This document shows positions 52,304-64,000 of a stretch of DNA of 64,000 nt, in pieces. The notes below the pieces were generated by a model. It was not told the DNA's origin, did no database searches, and saw nothing but the letters and a program-made list of their open reading frames with translations. Position numbers and translations under genes: made by a program. Origin of the DNA: Octopus vulgaris (lineage: Eukaryota); assembly GCA_951406725.2 (NCBI GenBank), contig OX597839.1, forward strand, positions 32,178,001-32,242,000. Reading direction: 5' to 3'. The stretch's first letter is position 1. Each line of letters begins with the position of its first letter.

Positions 52304-53546
52304 TGCTGGGGCACCTCCTTGATAAGTTTAGTGAACAAACTGAGCTCAGCATTTATCTTTAAGTTTGGTACTTATTCTATTGGTCTCTTTTGCCAAACTG
52401 CTAAGTCACAGGGCAGGAATAGTGAAGAACCTTGTGTCTTTAAGAAACTCACTTTATGACCACACGGTTTCAGGTTTAACCTTTTAGTATTCAGATTACT
52501 GTTAAATCTAATGCTTACTTATTTACGTAAAAAGCACCACCTGTACGTGCCACCTTGACTGGCTTCCATGCAGGTGGCACATAAAAAGCACCAACCAATC
52601 ATGGCTGTTGCCAGCCTCCCCTGGCGCCTGTGCCGGTGGCACGTAAAAAGCACCCACTACACACACGGAGTGGTTGGCATTAGGAAGGGCATCCAACTGT
52701 AGAAGCACTGCCAGATCAGACTGGAGTCTGGTGCAGCCTTCTGGCTTCCCAGACCCCGGTCGAACCGTCCAACCCATGCTAGCATGGAAAACGGACGTTA
52801 AACGATGATGATGATTGTCTTGAATAAATCTTGTATTATCTCATAGCTTTGAGATTTAAATGATGTGATTGTTTAATGTTACTATAACATTGTAGGACAG
52901 GTGCGAAATGTGGGATCTGGACAGTTTGAACATAAAAGAGGCAGGATATGGCCATTTTAAATGCTAAAGGCACGAATCCTTAGACAAGTGTTTTCTACTC
53001 TAGCCCCTAACTGACCAATGCCTCATGAGTGAAGTGATAAATGGAAACTATGTGGAAGCCTCTGCATGCATGTGTGTCTTTGTGCTCTGCCACCACTTGA
53101 CAGCTAGTGTTGGTTTGTTTACATCCAAACAAAAGAGACCAATGGAATGAGTACCAAGTTTTAAAAAAATTTAATACCGGGATTGATTTGTTTGACAAAG
53201 CCCATCAAAGGAAGTGCCCCAGCATGGCCACAGCTGAATGACTGAGAAGAAAAGATACTGTGCGCCAACTGATACCATCAGGGTTACTCACTCTTTCCGT
53301 CACAATATGCTACAAGCACCCAGGAACTGGCTGCTACTGTGCCAAGGTGGTCCTTTTTACAAGCTACAGACACAATGAGGCTCTGAAGGACCAAGGAAAT
53401 CATAACCCTAACGACAGCCTTCGTTTGCATTTAAATGCTCTCTCTCTACATTGACCTTTTCAACCAGTACATTCAGTGTTCCATATTCAGCCAATATTCT
53501 GTCAGATATAAAACATAGCAGGATCAGTCACACATCAATGAAAATA

Positions 53547-53815
53547 CAGTGAAACCTCAGTTTATGAATTTAATTCGTTCCTGAAATCTTTGTAAACTGA
53601 AGCTATTTTTGCCCATAAGAAATTCAAGAGAAACCACTGCAAATTTGAGCAGGGTTGTGCACTGAGCAAAGCTAGGCACCAACTGATATTCTTCCTCCCT
53701 GATACTCCAGCTTGTACTCAACCCTTGTGGCCAGCTGGTGCATTCAGTACCTGAGAGTTTGTCACTCAGGATGGTTTATGTTCACAAAATTGTTGGGAAA
53801 CTGAGGTTTCATTGT
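53547..53815. mobile_element. Tc1/mariner (Tigger-like) MITE
   Basis: TA-CAGTGAAACCTCAGTTT...AAACTGAGGTTTCATTG-TA. Confidence 0.7.
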
Positions 53816-54101
53816 AGTTAGTCAAATACAATCATATTCCCTTACATTCACAGTTTAACCCCTTTCATTACTGTATTTATTTTGAGATGCTCTGCGTTTC
53901 TTTCAATTAATTTTAAATATAACAAAGAACTTAGTAAAATAACTTTGTTATCATTCAGCTAGTGTTGGGAACATAAATTGTGACCAAGGTTTGGTGGAAG
54001 ATTTTAATTCAAAACTTTTGAAAACAAGACATTTGTACTCAGAGCCAGATTCAGTCGGATTGGTAACGAAAGAGTTGAACCCTACATGGGTCTACCTCAT
54101 G

Positions 54102-54693
54102 TTTCATTTGTCAAGATTGTCAGTGTTGGTCAAGTAAACCTATTACTGAATGCATCCCAGCCATGACCATCACATCTTTGTAGAGCCAGAAGTACATTAC
54201 CATGTCGTTTTTTTTTGTAAGTGGACACACAAACATGGACATAGATGGGTCAGCTGTCCAGTTGAAATAGAATACCATGTTATCTTGCAGAATTGTAACG
54301 GGTGGCAGGATCAAAACAGGCCAATCCAAGCAAGCTTGACCGACCCTATGACAAAGGGATCTGAGGGAGGTTTGTCTGTTTTTACCAAGTCAACCAACAG
54401 CATAAGATATTTCCTTGTAACTCGATAAAATAGGATCCAGGGTTGATATGACAGTGGTCCCTTAATTGTGTTGGACCCAGCAAGGATTATAACCCAAAGA
54501 ATAAAACCAATAAAGGAATATATATGAAGAGAAGATAGATCAATAAATAAGAGTTTAGCCAGATATAGGAATATTCTTCCACTCTAGGCATTTTGGGGGA
54601 GGGAGCCAGTTGATTAGATCAAACCCAGTACGCAACTGGTACTTAATTTATCAACCCTGAAAGGACGAACGGCAAAGTTGATCTCAGTGGAAT
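54102..54693 (-). repeat. Right arm of ~580-bp inverted duplication
   Basis: Reverse complement of 51720-52303, with scattered substitutions and a small indel. Confidence 0.92.
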
Positions 54694-56920
54694 TTGAACT
54701 CGGAACATAAAGACAGACAAAATACTGCTAAGCATTTCGCCCGGCGTGCTAACGTTTCTTCCAGCTCACCGTCTTAGATATAATGAAATACACTGGAAGA
54801 CAACCCACACATTCCTTGCTTAAAAGTGCAGATGGAGCCTTCTTTCTCTCTCCCTGTCTGCACCAACTACACCACTGCTTTTCAACCGGGGCCCATAGAA
54901 GATTTTCAGGGTTAAAACTTATGTGTAATAAACTACTTGCACTTCTTCAATACATAAAATATCTTGTTCTTTGCAATTCCTAATATCTAATTCTAAAAAT
55001 ATGGGATTTTTTAAAACATTGAAGGGCTATGAGGGTCCACTTAAAATTGTTGAGAACCACTGAACATCATTGTAAGAACCTCTACTTACTAGAAAGAGCA
55101 ACCAAATCTCTCTAAAAGCACTACTCGTCATCTTAGAAAAAAAAGGGAGGGGGACATGTTACATAATTAAGACTTAGATACACAATGCCAGAATAAAAAA
55201 ATGGATGGGCATGGGTGGAGCATCTTTGGCCAGAGATGAACTGCAGCAAAGAACCAATAGCATCACAAGATCCAATAGTTGATGTGGTCTGGTGACTTCT
55301 ATGTCTCAATGGCCCTGAGAGATGTACCAGTGAAATGCAAATTCCTGTGAGGGCCTCCCATGCTGGACAGGGGTCCAAGGGGAGAAGCCAGACGAATGTG
55401 ATAGACCACCTTTTCCCAGGGGTAAAAAAATTGGTGTGAAGCGAGCCAACATCCCTACATAGACAGGAGAGGGTGGACAGTCCAGGGGCAAAGTCATCAC
55501 TGGCCCATGTCCCAAAGGGAGCAAAGGGCACAAGAAAATGCCAATAACTTTCATGGGCCAATATGGTGGTTACGATTTAAGAAACCCATGACATGTGTGT
55601 CAGGTGACACTGAACAGTTAACAGCTCCCATTATATCTACAGAGAACTAAAATACATGTGACAGTCCAATGGCAGAATTTTTAAATCCCTTTTGTTAATA
55701 ATACAAGTTCCGTTGAAATATCCAGCTTTTGTTTCAATTAATTTTGAAGACTGCAAAGAATTTAGTAAAATAACTTTGCCGTCTGTGTGGTAAAAAGCTT
55801 CCCAACCGCACGTCTCCAGGTTCAGTCCCACTGTGTGGCATCTTGAGCCTCAGGCTGACCAAAGCCTTGTTAGTGAATTCAGTGGACGTTAACTGAAAGA
55901 AGCCTTGTCGTGTGTGTGTGTTTGTATCTGTGTGTCCCACCCCACCATCACTTGGCAATTGGTGTCAGTGTGTTTATGTCCCTCGTAACTTAGCAGTTCA
56001 GCAAAAGAGACCAATAGAATAAGTACCAGGCTTTAATAAAATTAGTCCTGCAGTCAATTCCTTCAACTAAAGAATTCTTCAAAACATTGCCCCAGCATGG
56101 CAGCAGTCTAATGACTGAAACAAACAAAAGATGAAAGATTTATTAAGATGGTGTTTGGAATATTAACGAACCTAGGATTCTTAACTTGAAAACAGGAAGT
56201 CTATATCAGACAGACCCAAAAATGGTCTCAGGTGGGTTGGCATCTTTCATCATTTACTGGTTTTAGTCACTGGACTGTGGCCATGCTGAAGCATCATCTT
56301 GAATGGTTCAGTCAAACAAATTGACCCCAGGACTTTATTAATCTATTAGTCTCTTTGCCAAACCACTAAGTCACGGGAATGTAAACAAACACACGCACAC
56401 ACACACAAATATTAAGTTCAGTGCCTGGCGCCAGTATTTTCTTTCTGGGTCAGGTAATTCTTAATGCCTTGAAATTGAAGCTTCTTTCCTCCCAGTTGAA
56501 AGCGAAATTTTAAGCAAGTTCTTAAGAATATATAACTGTTGCCTCAGTGGAGTTGTTGGTACTAAGAAAGGCATCAAGCCACAGAAAGCAAACCAAAACA
56601 GACTATGAGACCTGGTGTGGCTCCCTAAGGGACCTGGTTTTACTGGTTCCTGTCAAGTTGTCCAACCCATGCCAGCATGGAAAATGATGATGGTGATATT
56701 TATATATCGTGATTGACCAGACTATCAGATGTTATACATTGCTAATCACAGTGCACTTTGCATTGTTGTAGCTTTTGAATGATGCCACCATTCCCCCTTG
56801 ATCAGAAGGCTATTCCGTCACAGGGTGATCTGTTTACAGCTGAGTGGACTGGAGCAACATAGAATGAAGTGTCTTGCTCGAGAACACGATTGTGCATGCA
56901 CCACGCATAAACACTAAACC

Positions 56921-56976
56921 GTCTCTGATGACGGAATATCCTATACTCTGGGATATCCCAGAAACAGTTGTAAGAC
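56921..56976 (+). ncRNA. Minimal type-I hammerhead ribozyme
   Basis: GTCT-CTGATGA-C-GGAATATCCTA(tactc)TGGGATATCCC-A-GAA-ACAGTTGT-A-AGAC: core present, 11-bp stem II with one mismatch, near-palindromic stem III, GUA site. Confidence 0.65.
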
Positions 56977-57745
56977 TTTGAACTTTTTCTAATAATAATA
57001 ATAATGTATAGGACTTGAGATGTTTGCCTTGCCTTAATGTTTGTTGTCCTCTTTAACAATTATATGTGACAGGCTTCTTTCAGTTTTCCGTCTACCAAAT
57101 CCACTCACAAGGCTTTGGTCGGCCTGAGGCTATAGTAGAAGACACTTGCCCAAGGTGCCACGCAGTGGGACTGAACCCAGAACCATGTGGTTGGTTAGCA
57201 AGCTACTTACCACACAGCCACTCCTGCGCCTATTTATTTTTCTGTCATGGGTATATATGCCCTAATATTAGACTATTCTGTAGTCAATATATTTGGTGAA
57301 AACTACATTTATTAAAAACTTTAACTAAAGATACTTTCCATACAAGATTAAATAAGATACCGAAGAGTGAAATCTCAGTTTGTTTTATAAACCGGATTAG
57401 AGAAGATTATGATTAAGAAGGACGGCAGGGGATTGTCAGAAACACTAGAGTCAGACATAACACTTTGCAGTATTTAGTTACGGCTTTTAATGTTCTATGG
57501 TCTCCTGAGGTGGTCAACTTTATTACCTGGTTCAACACCACCTGGCTGCTTGAGTACCTTTAGTGGAATCCACTGTGGGACAAGCATTGAGGCCAGATCT
57601 CTTCTTTCCTTTGTCCCGCCTCACTAGACTTGGGGGTCAGTGTAAAGGGTTAGAAAGGTAGTATAAAGGGTCAATGACTTTGCTCCCACTAAACAAAAGT
57701 GTGTTTTATAAATTGAATAATTAACTATATAGAGCTAAAGTTTGA

Positions 57746-57975
57746 GGCGGCGAGATGGCAGAATCGTTAGCACGCCGGGCGAAATGCTTAGCGGTATTTC
57801 GTCTGCCGCTACGTTCTGAGTTCAAATTCCGCCTAGGTCGACTTTGCCTTTCATCCTTTCAGGGTTGATAAATAAAGTACCAGTTTCACACTGGGGTCAA
57901 TGTAATCGACTTAATCCCTTTGTCTGTCCTTGTTTGTCCCCTCTATGTTTAGCCCCTTGTGGGTAGCAAAGAAAT
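57746..57975 (+). mobile_element. SINE family C copy
   Basis: Sense full-length copy. Confidence 0.8.
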
Positions 57976-58578
57976 ATAGAGAGAGCTAGAGACTCTTCAC
58001 ACGGCCAGTTAAACATGCTAGAAATAGATGTCAAAGATTCTTCATATTGGTTTTCAAATTTTGGCTCAAGGACAGCAATTTGAGGGAGTGGATAGGGCTA
58101 AGTCGATTAAATCGACCCCAGTGTTTAACTGGTACTTATTGATTCCCAAAAGGAAGAAAGGCAAAGTCAACCTCACCAGTATTTGAACTCGGAAAGAATG
58201 CTGCCAAGTAGTTTCCCTGGCGTGGTAGCAATTGTGCCAGCTCAGATTACACCTTGCCATCTTAATGTTGATCAAAGAAGCAGATATAATCCTAAAAAGA
58301 CTGGATGGGTATGGGTGGAAAGCTGTTGATTACAACAGGTCAGCTTTATCAGAACTGACTCCTTTGCAATAGCTGTGAGAACTGGCTAAAGATGGCTAAT
58401 TTCCAGGAATGTAGCAAGCACTTGACCTCAGCTTTCAAGAACAGCTTAAGAACTGTTGAATAGACAAACACTGGTGCAGAAGCAACCCCACAAAACTGCA
58501 ACACAAACACCCTGTCCACTTCATCTGAATGATGCTGTACCACTCACAAGGTTATTACAGTGCAACAACAGCAGCAGC

Positions 58579-58609
<31 letters not shown>

Positions 58610-59465
58610 ATGGTTGTAATAATTAAATGCTGTTACCCGTTGTTTAGCATTTGTAAATCAAGAGAATTTTAGTGGTACAACTCAACAGGACAAGTTTATA
58701 CATGTAAATTTTCGCCAAAAGGTGTATGGTGGTATCACAGACAAATCATTAGAAATTCTAGCATTTACAAAAATAAAATAAAAAACTAGCTGCCCACTCA
58801 GTATTTTTGTTAATCTAGAACCAGCTCCTGCAGCGGTTACATCAACTTAACTCCATATCCATCCATTTTCTCCACCCACTTTCCCTGGAAGGGATGTAGG
58901 GATAGGAGTCCTCAGGCACCTCCACCATAGGGTCCTTTCAGAAGAAACCATCAATGCACTTTTGGCTGGATTCCCAAGGGTGACTGACAGATAATGGTCA
59001 GCCAAATCTAATAAGATTAACATACCCAGGAGTGATACCTGGTATTTATAATCAAAGCACACATCTAAAAAAAAAATCCAATGCTATATAATCCAAGAAA
59101 GGTACACAGAACATGTATTCTTCTCTGGAAATAAAAAATTTATATCAAAATCTCAAGTCATGTGGAACATAACCCTAAACACAAAAAATGTGGAACTACA
59201 CCCTGAAATACACAAAAAATGCACTAATTCTCTCAACACCTGGAAAGAACCTCTAACACTCAACTTGCTAGAAATAGACGCCAATCCCTTTGAATACTCC
59301 TTACACTCTTGAAGAGGGGAAGGACACATAATGTGAACCGTGTCTGGGAGGTCAGGGGAAGGAAGAGGTGGATGGTCACAGTTGGAAGGTTTCTGATCAT
59401 AAGCCTATACAACTGGGGGTTGGCAAGGGGTTAAACAACAACTTGAAGCGTTTACCAGATGTTAC

Positions 59466-59550
59466 CTCTGTGTGAGAGCAAAGAAACGCTTGAATTGTGA
59501 AGTTTTGTGCTGTACTTCGTTCCAGTAGAGTTTATATGGCTGTGGCAAGT
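59466..59550 (-). other. Candidate distal non-coding exon of the zinc-finger gene
   Basis: Polypyrimidine tract plus TTTAAG acceptor and GAG|GTAAC donor, in non-repetitive sequence. Confidence 0.35.
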
Positions 59551-62249
59551 CTTAAACAGAGAACACACACACAAAAAAGGGGAGAAAGCAAAACAAAACA
59601 AAGAACGGAACACAGATTCCAGACCCATTTATAGGTGTAGAAGGAATTACTTGAGGGCATCCAGCTGTAACCTTACAGTGGCAGTTGATCTTCAAACGGT
59701 CCTTATGCTAGTGCGAAACAAAGTCACTCATGTGTGTTTGTGTGTGTACAAGTCTAAGTACAAAACTTTTCTATTAAAAGACTGCACGTACAATGACCAT
59801 ATAACACACACACACACATACATACACACGCACGGTGTACATGAAACTTACCAAAACCAGAGATTCGTCCCTTTGTCCCCCCCACCCCCGCCATCCCACA
59901 CCACCACTCCTAGCTATTTTCGAGGTTGGATGGTCGTCAGAGTTTTAGGAAGAGAAATCAAACGAAAAATCTCATCAATTGAAATGTAGAACCATCCCAC
60001 TTTTACGCTCACATGGAAAATAATTTTTCAAAAATACCACTACACAAAAACGTACATACATACACCACCTTGTACAAGCACAAACCTATATATATATATA
60101 TATATGTATGTATATGTATGTATATATATAGCCTTGGACGCAGTGTTTGTCACCTGCTGTTTAAAAGAGAAGACTGGCAGAGTTTTAGAATAGCAGTCCT
60201 TCGATGTCCCAAACCTCATGACAAAGGGAAAGCGATTCGGAAATGAGTGGAAGTGGAACAAAAATGTAAAAAATTCGACTTTTATAAAAAAAAAAAAAAT
60301 TGTGTTCAGAATGGTAATTTCTGGGGTATTAAAAAAGTAGGTGGGGGGAAAACCCTGCCCTTTTTTTCTTAAACCCATGAGGTAAATGGGAGTTCGAAGG
60401 AGAGAGAGCCATTTTAAATTTGTCCCAGATTATTCAAAATCAGGGTTTTCGTATTTTGTTTATATTATTAAATATATACACGAATAAAATAATTAAAAAA
60501 TAATACTAATTAATAACAAAATAACATTAGTTTTCTAAAATAAAATTTAAAATGAAGTTGAAAGATATTTAGACATTATTTTGTCCCTCCCCCCCAAAAA
60601 AGGGAGGGAGGGAGAATATTTGAAATTCCTTTCATGTACCAAAAAAAATCTCAAATGAAGTATACAAGCATAGGAGAGTCATCAGTATAGGAAGGAACGG
60701 GGGCCAGCCCCCTTAATTTTCAATAAAAATAAAAGCCAACTAGTGTGTGGTCGTTGACCTGTTAAAAATAGCAGCAGAATTCCGTTCAGATTTACACCGT
60801 TCCAGTCTTATGTAGTCCTAAATACACATATAACAGGTATAGTGTCTGAATAACTACGACAGGATGGCCATCAGTGGAAGGTCGGTTTAGGTCTGCAGTA
60901 AATAAAGAATGGTTATCCTAAAAATAGAATTATTTTTAAGATTTACATCCATGACAAAAAAATAAAACCCAAAAAAACTGGGATACATTTTCAGAAAGGT
61001 TAAGTATAGTCCATAGTCCTAGATATACTGTTTATCATAAAACGGGGTGGCCACAAGTGGAAGGCTGGTTTGGTTAAGCTGACCCTAATAATATCTAAAG
61101 CCTGCAGTGAATATTGGGACCCGAAAATATTTCTAAAAGACGCCAAGGAATCCTTAAAAGTGATTTTAATAACGGTTGAATACGTCAACAAGTTTATTTC
61201 ACGACTTGAAGCGGAACGGACGGAACCAGCCTGTGTCTCTCTACCTGTTAGAATTAGCAGCTAAATCACCCTCAAATCACACTCACGAGGCGCATCACAC
61301 ATTAACCGAACATTGTAGTTGTGGATGGCCGTGGTTGGAACGCCTCGCCGACGGGACCAAGGGCTAAAACAGTAGCAATACTTTTGGCTGATACAATTAA
61401 AGCCGACGATCGTTTAATTATTTTAAATAATCAACACGGTCCCGTGGACATAACGAGAGAGATATTAGGAGGATATCAATACCTTTAAATTACTAAGCAG
61501 TAATTAAATATGGCCTGGACCACAACAACATCCGAGAAGGTAATTAAGAGATGATTAATAATAATAAAATTAGTAATAACTGTGGTTTATAATGATTAAT
61601 TAATTAATAATCAAGCTGGGGGGTGGTTGAATGTGTTTAAAAGGATGGATGGATGGATAAAGTATTGGGGGCGTTCATACCTTCTCTCTCTCTCTCATTA
61701 AGCGCATCTAGAACGTAAAGGGAAAACGGCTCCAACGGACAGCAAGGTCGCGGGTTCGAAACCACCTGGAGACGGGGGGGGGGGGCAATCCCTCCCCGCC
61801 GGCCCAAGATCAGAATAATAATAATTATAATACCTTTTAATTAGGTACAAATCCCCCCCTCCCCTACGGTAATAAATATCACAAAGGTCGATGTAGTAAT
61901 TCAATCACAAATATATATATATATAACAGGTATTCGTTTTAAGAAATTACAGGAGATGGTTGGCCGTTAGGGGGGGGACAGACAGACCGAGGGTGGGAGA
62001 GAGAGAAGAAGACAAGGGATTCGAACCTTGGAACTGGTAGTGAGGTACCAAAATTACAATAATAATAGCAACAGTAATAATAATAATAAAGGTCAGCTCG
62101 TCGCTTTTTCTGTGTCAACTCCCAACCATTTCTGAAAAGCCATGAACAAGACGGGAAACTGAGAAGCCAGGACGGTCGCACTTTTTTTGCTCTTCATTTT
62201 TAGACCCCTTCGTCTATCAGAAAAGACATTAAATCAATGTCAGTAAAAC

Positions 62250-62291
62250 TATAATAATTATTATTATTATATATATATATATAATAATAAT

Positions 62292-62325
<34 letters not shown>

Positions 62326-63060
62326 AAATAAAGGTCGTCTTCTAAATAATAAAATGTATGCAAGTGGTAACCAAAAAACGGTTTGTCCGTCCGATTCGGG
62401 TCGGCGAGAAAAACAGTATCCCCCCCCCTTGGAGGCCCCCCCAGACATAAAATGTTGAGGGGAGGGGACTTGAAAGAATCTGGCGGGAAATATCATTAAT
62501 AACAACAACAACACTAATGACATTATTATTATTATTATCAATAAATATTAATTATGAAATAATATTGTATAAATAGATAAATAAATGAAGATATGAAATT
62601 ATAAAAAGTTAAGGTATGTATAACATTAAATGCATTGAATTATACATATATGTACATGTGTATATAGGTGTATACATAACATGCATACTTACAGATATTA
62701 CATGCATACAGAAATATATAAAGGTGCATACATGTATAAACATGCATACATAAATGTGTACATATATATATATATACATTATATATATAGTGTATATATA
62801 ATGTATATATATATATATACACACAGGAATTAAACACACAAGTGAGATAATGCTGAGCTATGTTATTTTTTTTGTTTGGGATACAACAATATATATATAA
62901 ATATAGCTCCACAAATATATATATATATTTATATATACACACATATATATTCAAGTTATAAAAAATTCAAATAATGCTACATGGTAAAGGGGGAAGGACA
63001 GCATGTAGGTAATGATAATAATAGTAATAATAATAGTAATAATAATAGTAATGATCATTC
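62250..63060. repeat. (TA)n/(TAA)n microsatellite-rich region
   Basis: Multiple TA, ATT and TAGTAA runs. Confidence 0.8.
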
Positions 63061-64000
63061 AAATAACAGACAATAAAGAATTCATGTTGAAAATGTAGAT
63101 ATAAAGCAGAAATTAAACATCCATGGCAGAGAGATATATATATATATTATTATTATTATACATACACACATGAGGAGGGCAAGTAGCTCAGTCGACACAG
63201 TGTAGAGAGAGAAAGAGGAATGATGGTGATGATGATCACACTGGCTGGCTAGCTAGCTGCTCATGGCGGTAGGAAATAACAGAAGGAGAAGGAGAGAGAG
63301 AAGGAGTATTAGAGAGAACGGCGATGGCGGTGAGAGAGAGAGAGAGAAAGGCAGGAAGGAAAGGGAAGGATAACGAGAGAGAGAGTGAGTGAGTGAGAGA
63401 CATGGTGGGGAAAAAATATTAGTGTGGTTGAAGAAGAAGAAGAACACACACGCTCAATAATAAGAGAAAAGAGAGCTGGCCTAGTAAGGATAATATAGTA
63501 GTTAGTCGAGGGACGAGTTTAGTCGCCATTTCTCCTCACTACCAGACAACAGAGAGAGAGAGAGAGAGAGAAAGAAGAAAGAGCCAGGAAATAAATACAT
63601 AAACAGAAGGTTCATGTTAATAATTTCGTGGCTTTTCCCTTTTGCTGTTGTTTCTCAGATTTTTAGAAAATTGTCCAAGAAAAAAAAAACAGTTGGTTAT
63701 CAAAACAATAAAGATAAAAAAAACTAGACCTTTATATATATATTTTGTGAATGTAGCAACCGATTTAAATTTAAACAATGGACAATAAACAGATGTATAG
63801 ATTCCTACATGTTTAGTAAATTATACTTCTGCAACCGTTGAAAGACAAAAAGTAAATTCTAAAATTACATTATTATGCATGAAAAAAAAAAAACAATTTT
63901 AAACAGAATCCCACATGTTACAAAATGGATACTTTTACTGCTGTTTCGACAAATAAAATATAAAAGCAGAAATAAGGGGAAACTTGTACAATACATTAAA

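Overview
AT-rich, repeat-dense animal genomic DNA. The SINE families and microsatellites suggest an octopus genome (inference). Three spliced protein-coding genes can be rebuilt by hand with consistent reading frames. (1) CPLANE2/RSG1, a ciliogenesis small GTPase: minus strand, 5 coding exons, 5531->1331, 257 aa. Its last intron is a minor-spliceosome (U12) intron with rare AT-AG ends. (2) MRPL16: plus strand, 4 exons, 9382->15976, 251 aa, head-to-head with CPLANE2. (3) An unassigned ~1468-aa protein with five pairs of C2H2 zinc fingers, an AT-hook and a PLDLS (CtBP-binding) motif: minus strand, 29535->21126, probably with non-coding 5' exons reaching to ~59-62 kb. The rest is tRNA-derived SINEs, TTAA piggyBac-like MITEs, hAT and Tigger MITEs, LINE relics and a Penelope-like element. 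Most notable: the AT-AG U12 intron; two intact-looking minimal hammerhead ribozymes plus a decayed one in a tRNA-headed Penelope pseudo-LTR; a ~580-bp inverted duplication; and several long hairpins that would form dsRNA in pre-mRNA. Repeat coordinates are approximate.
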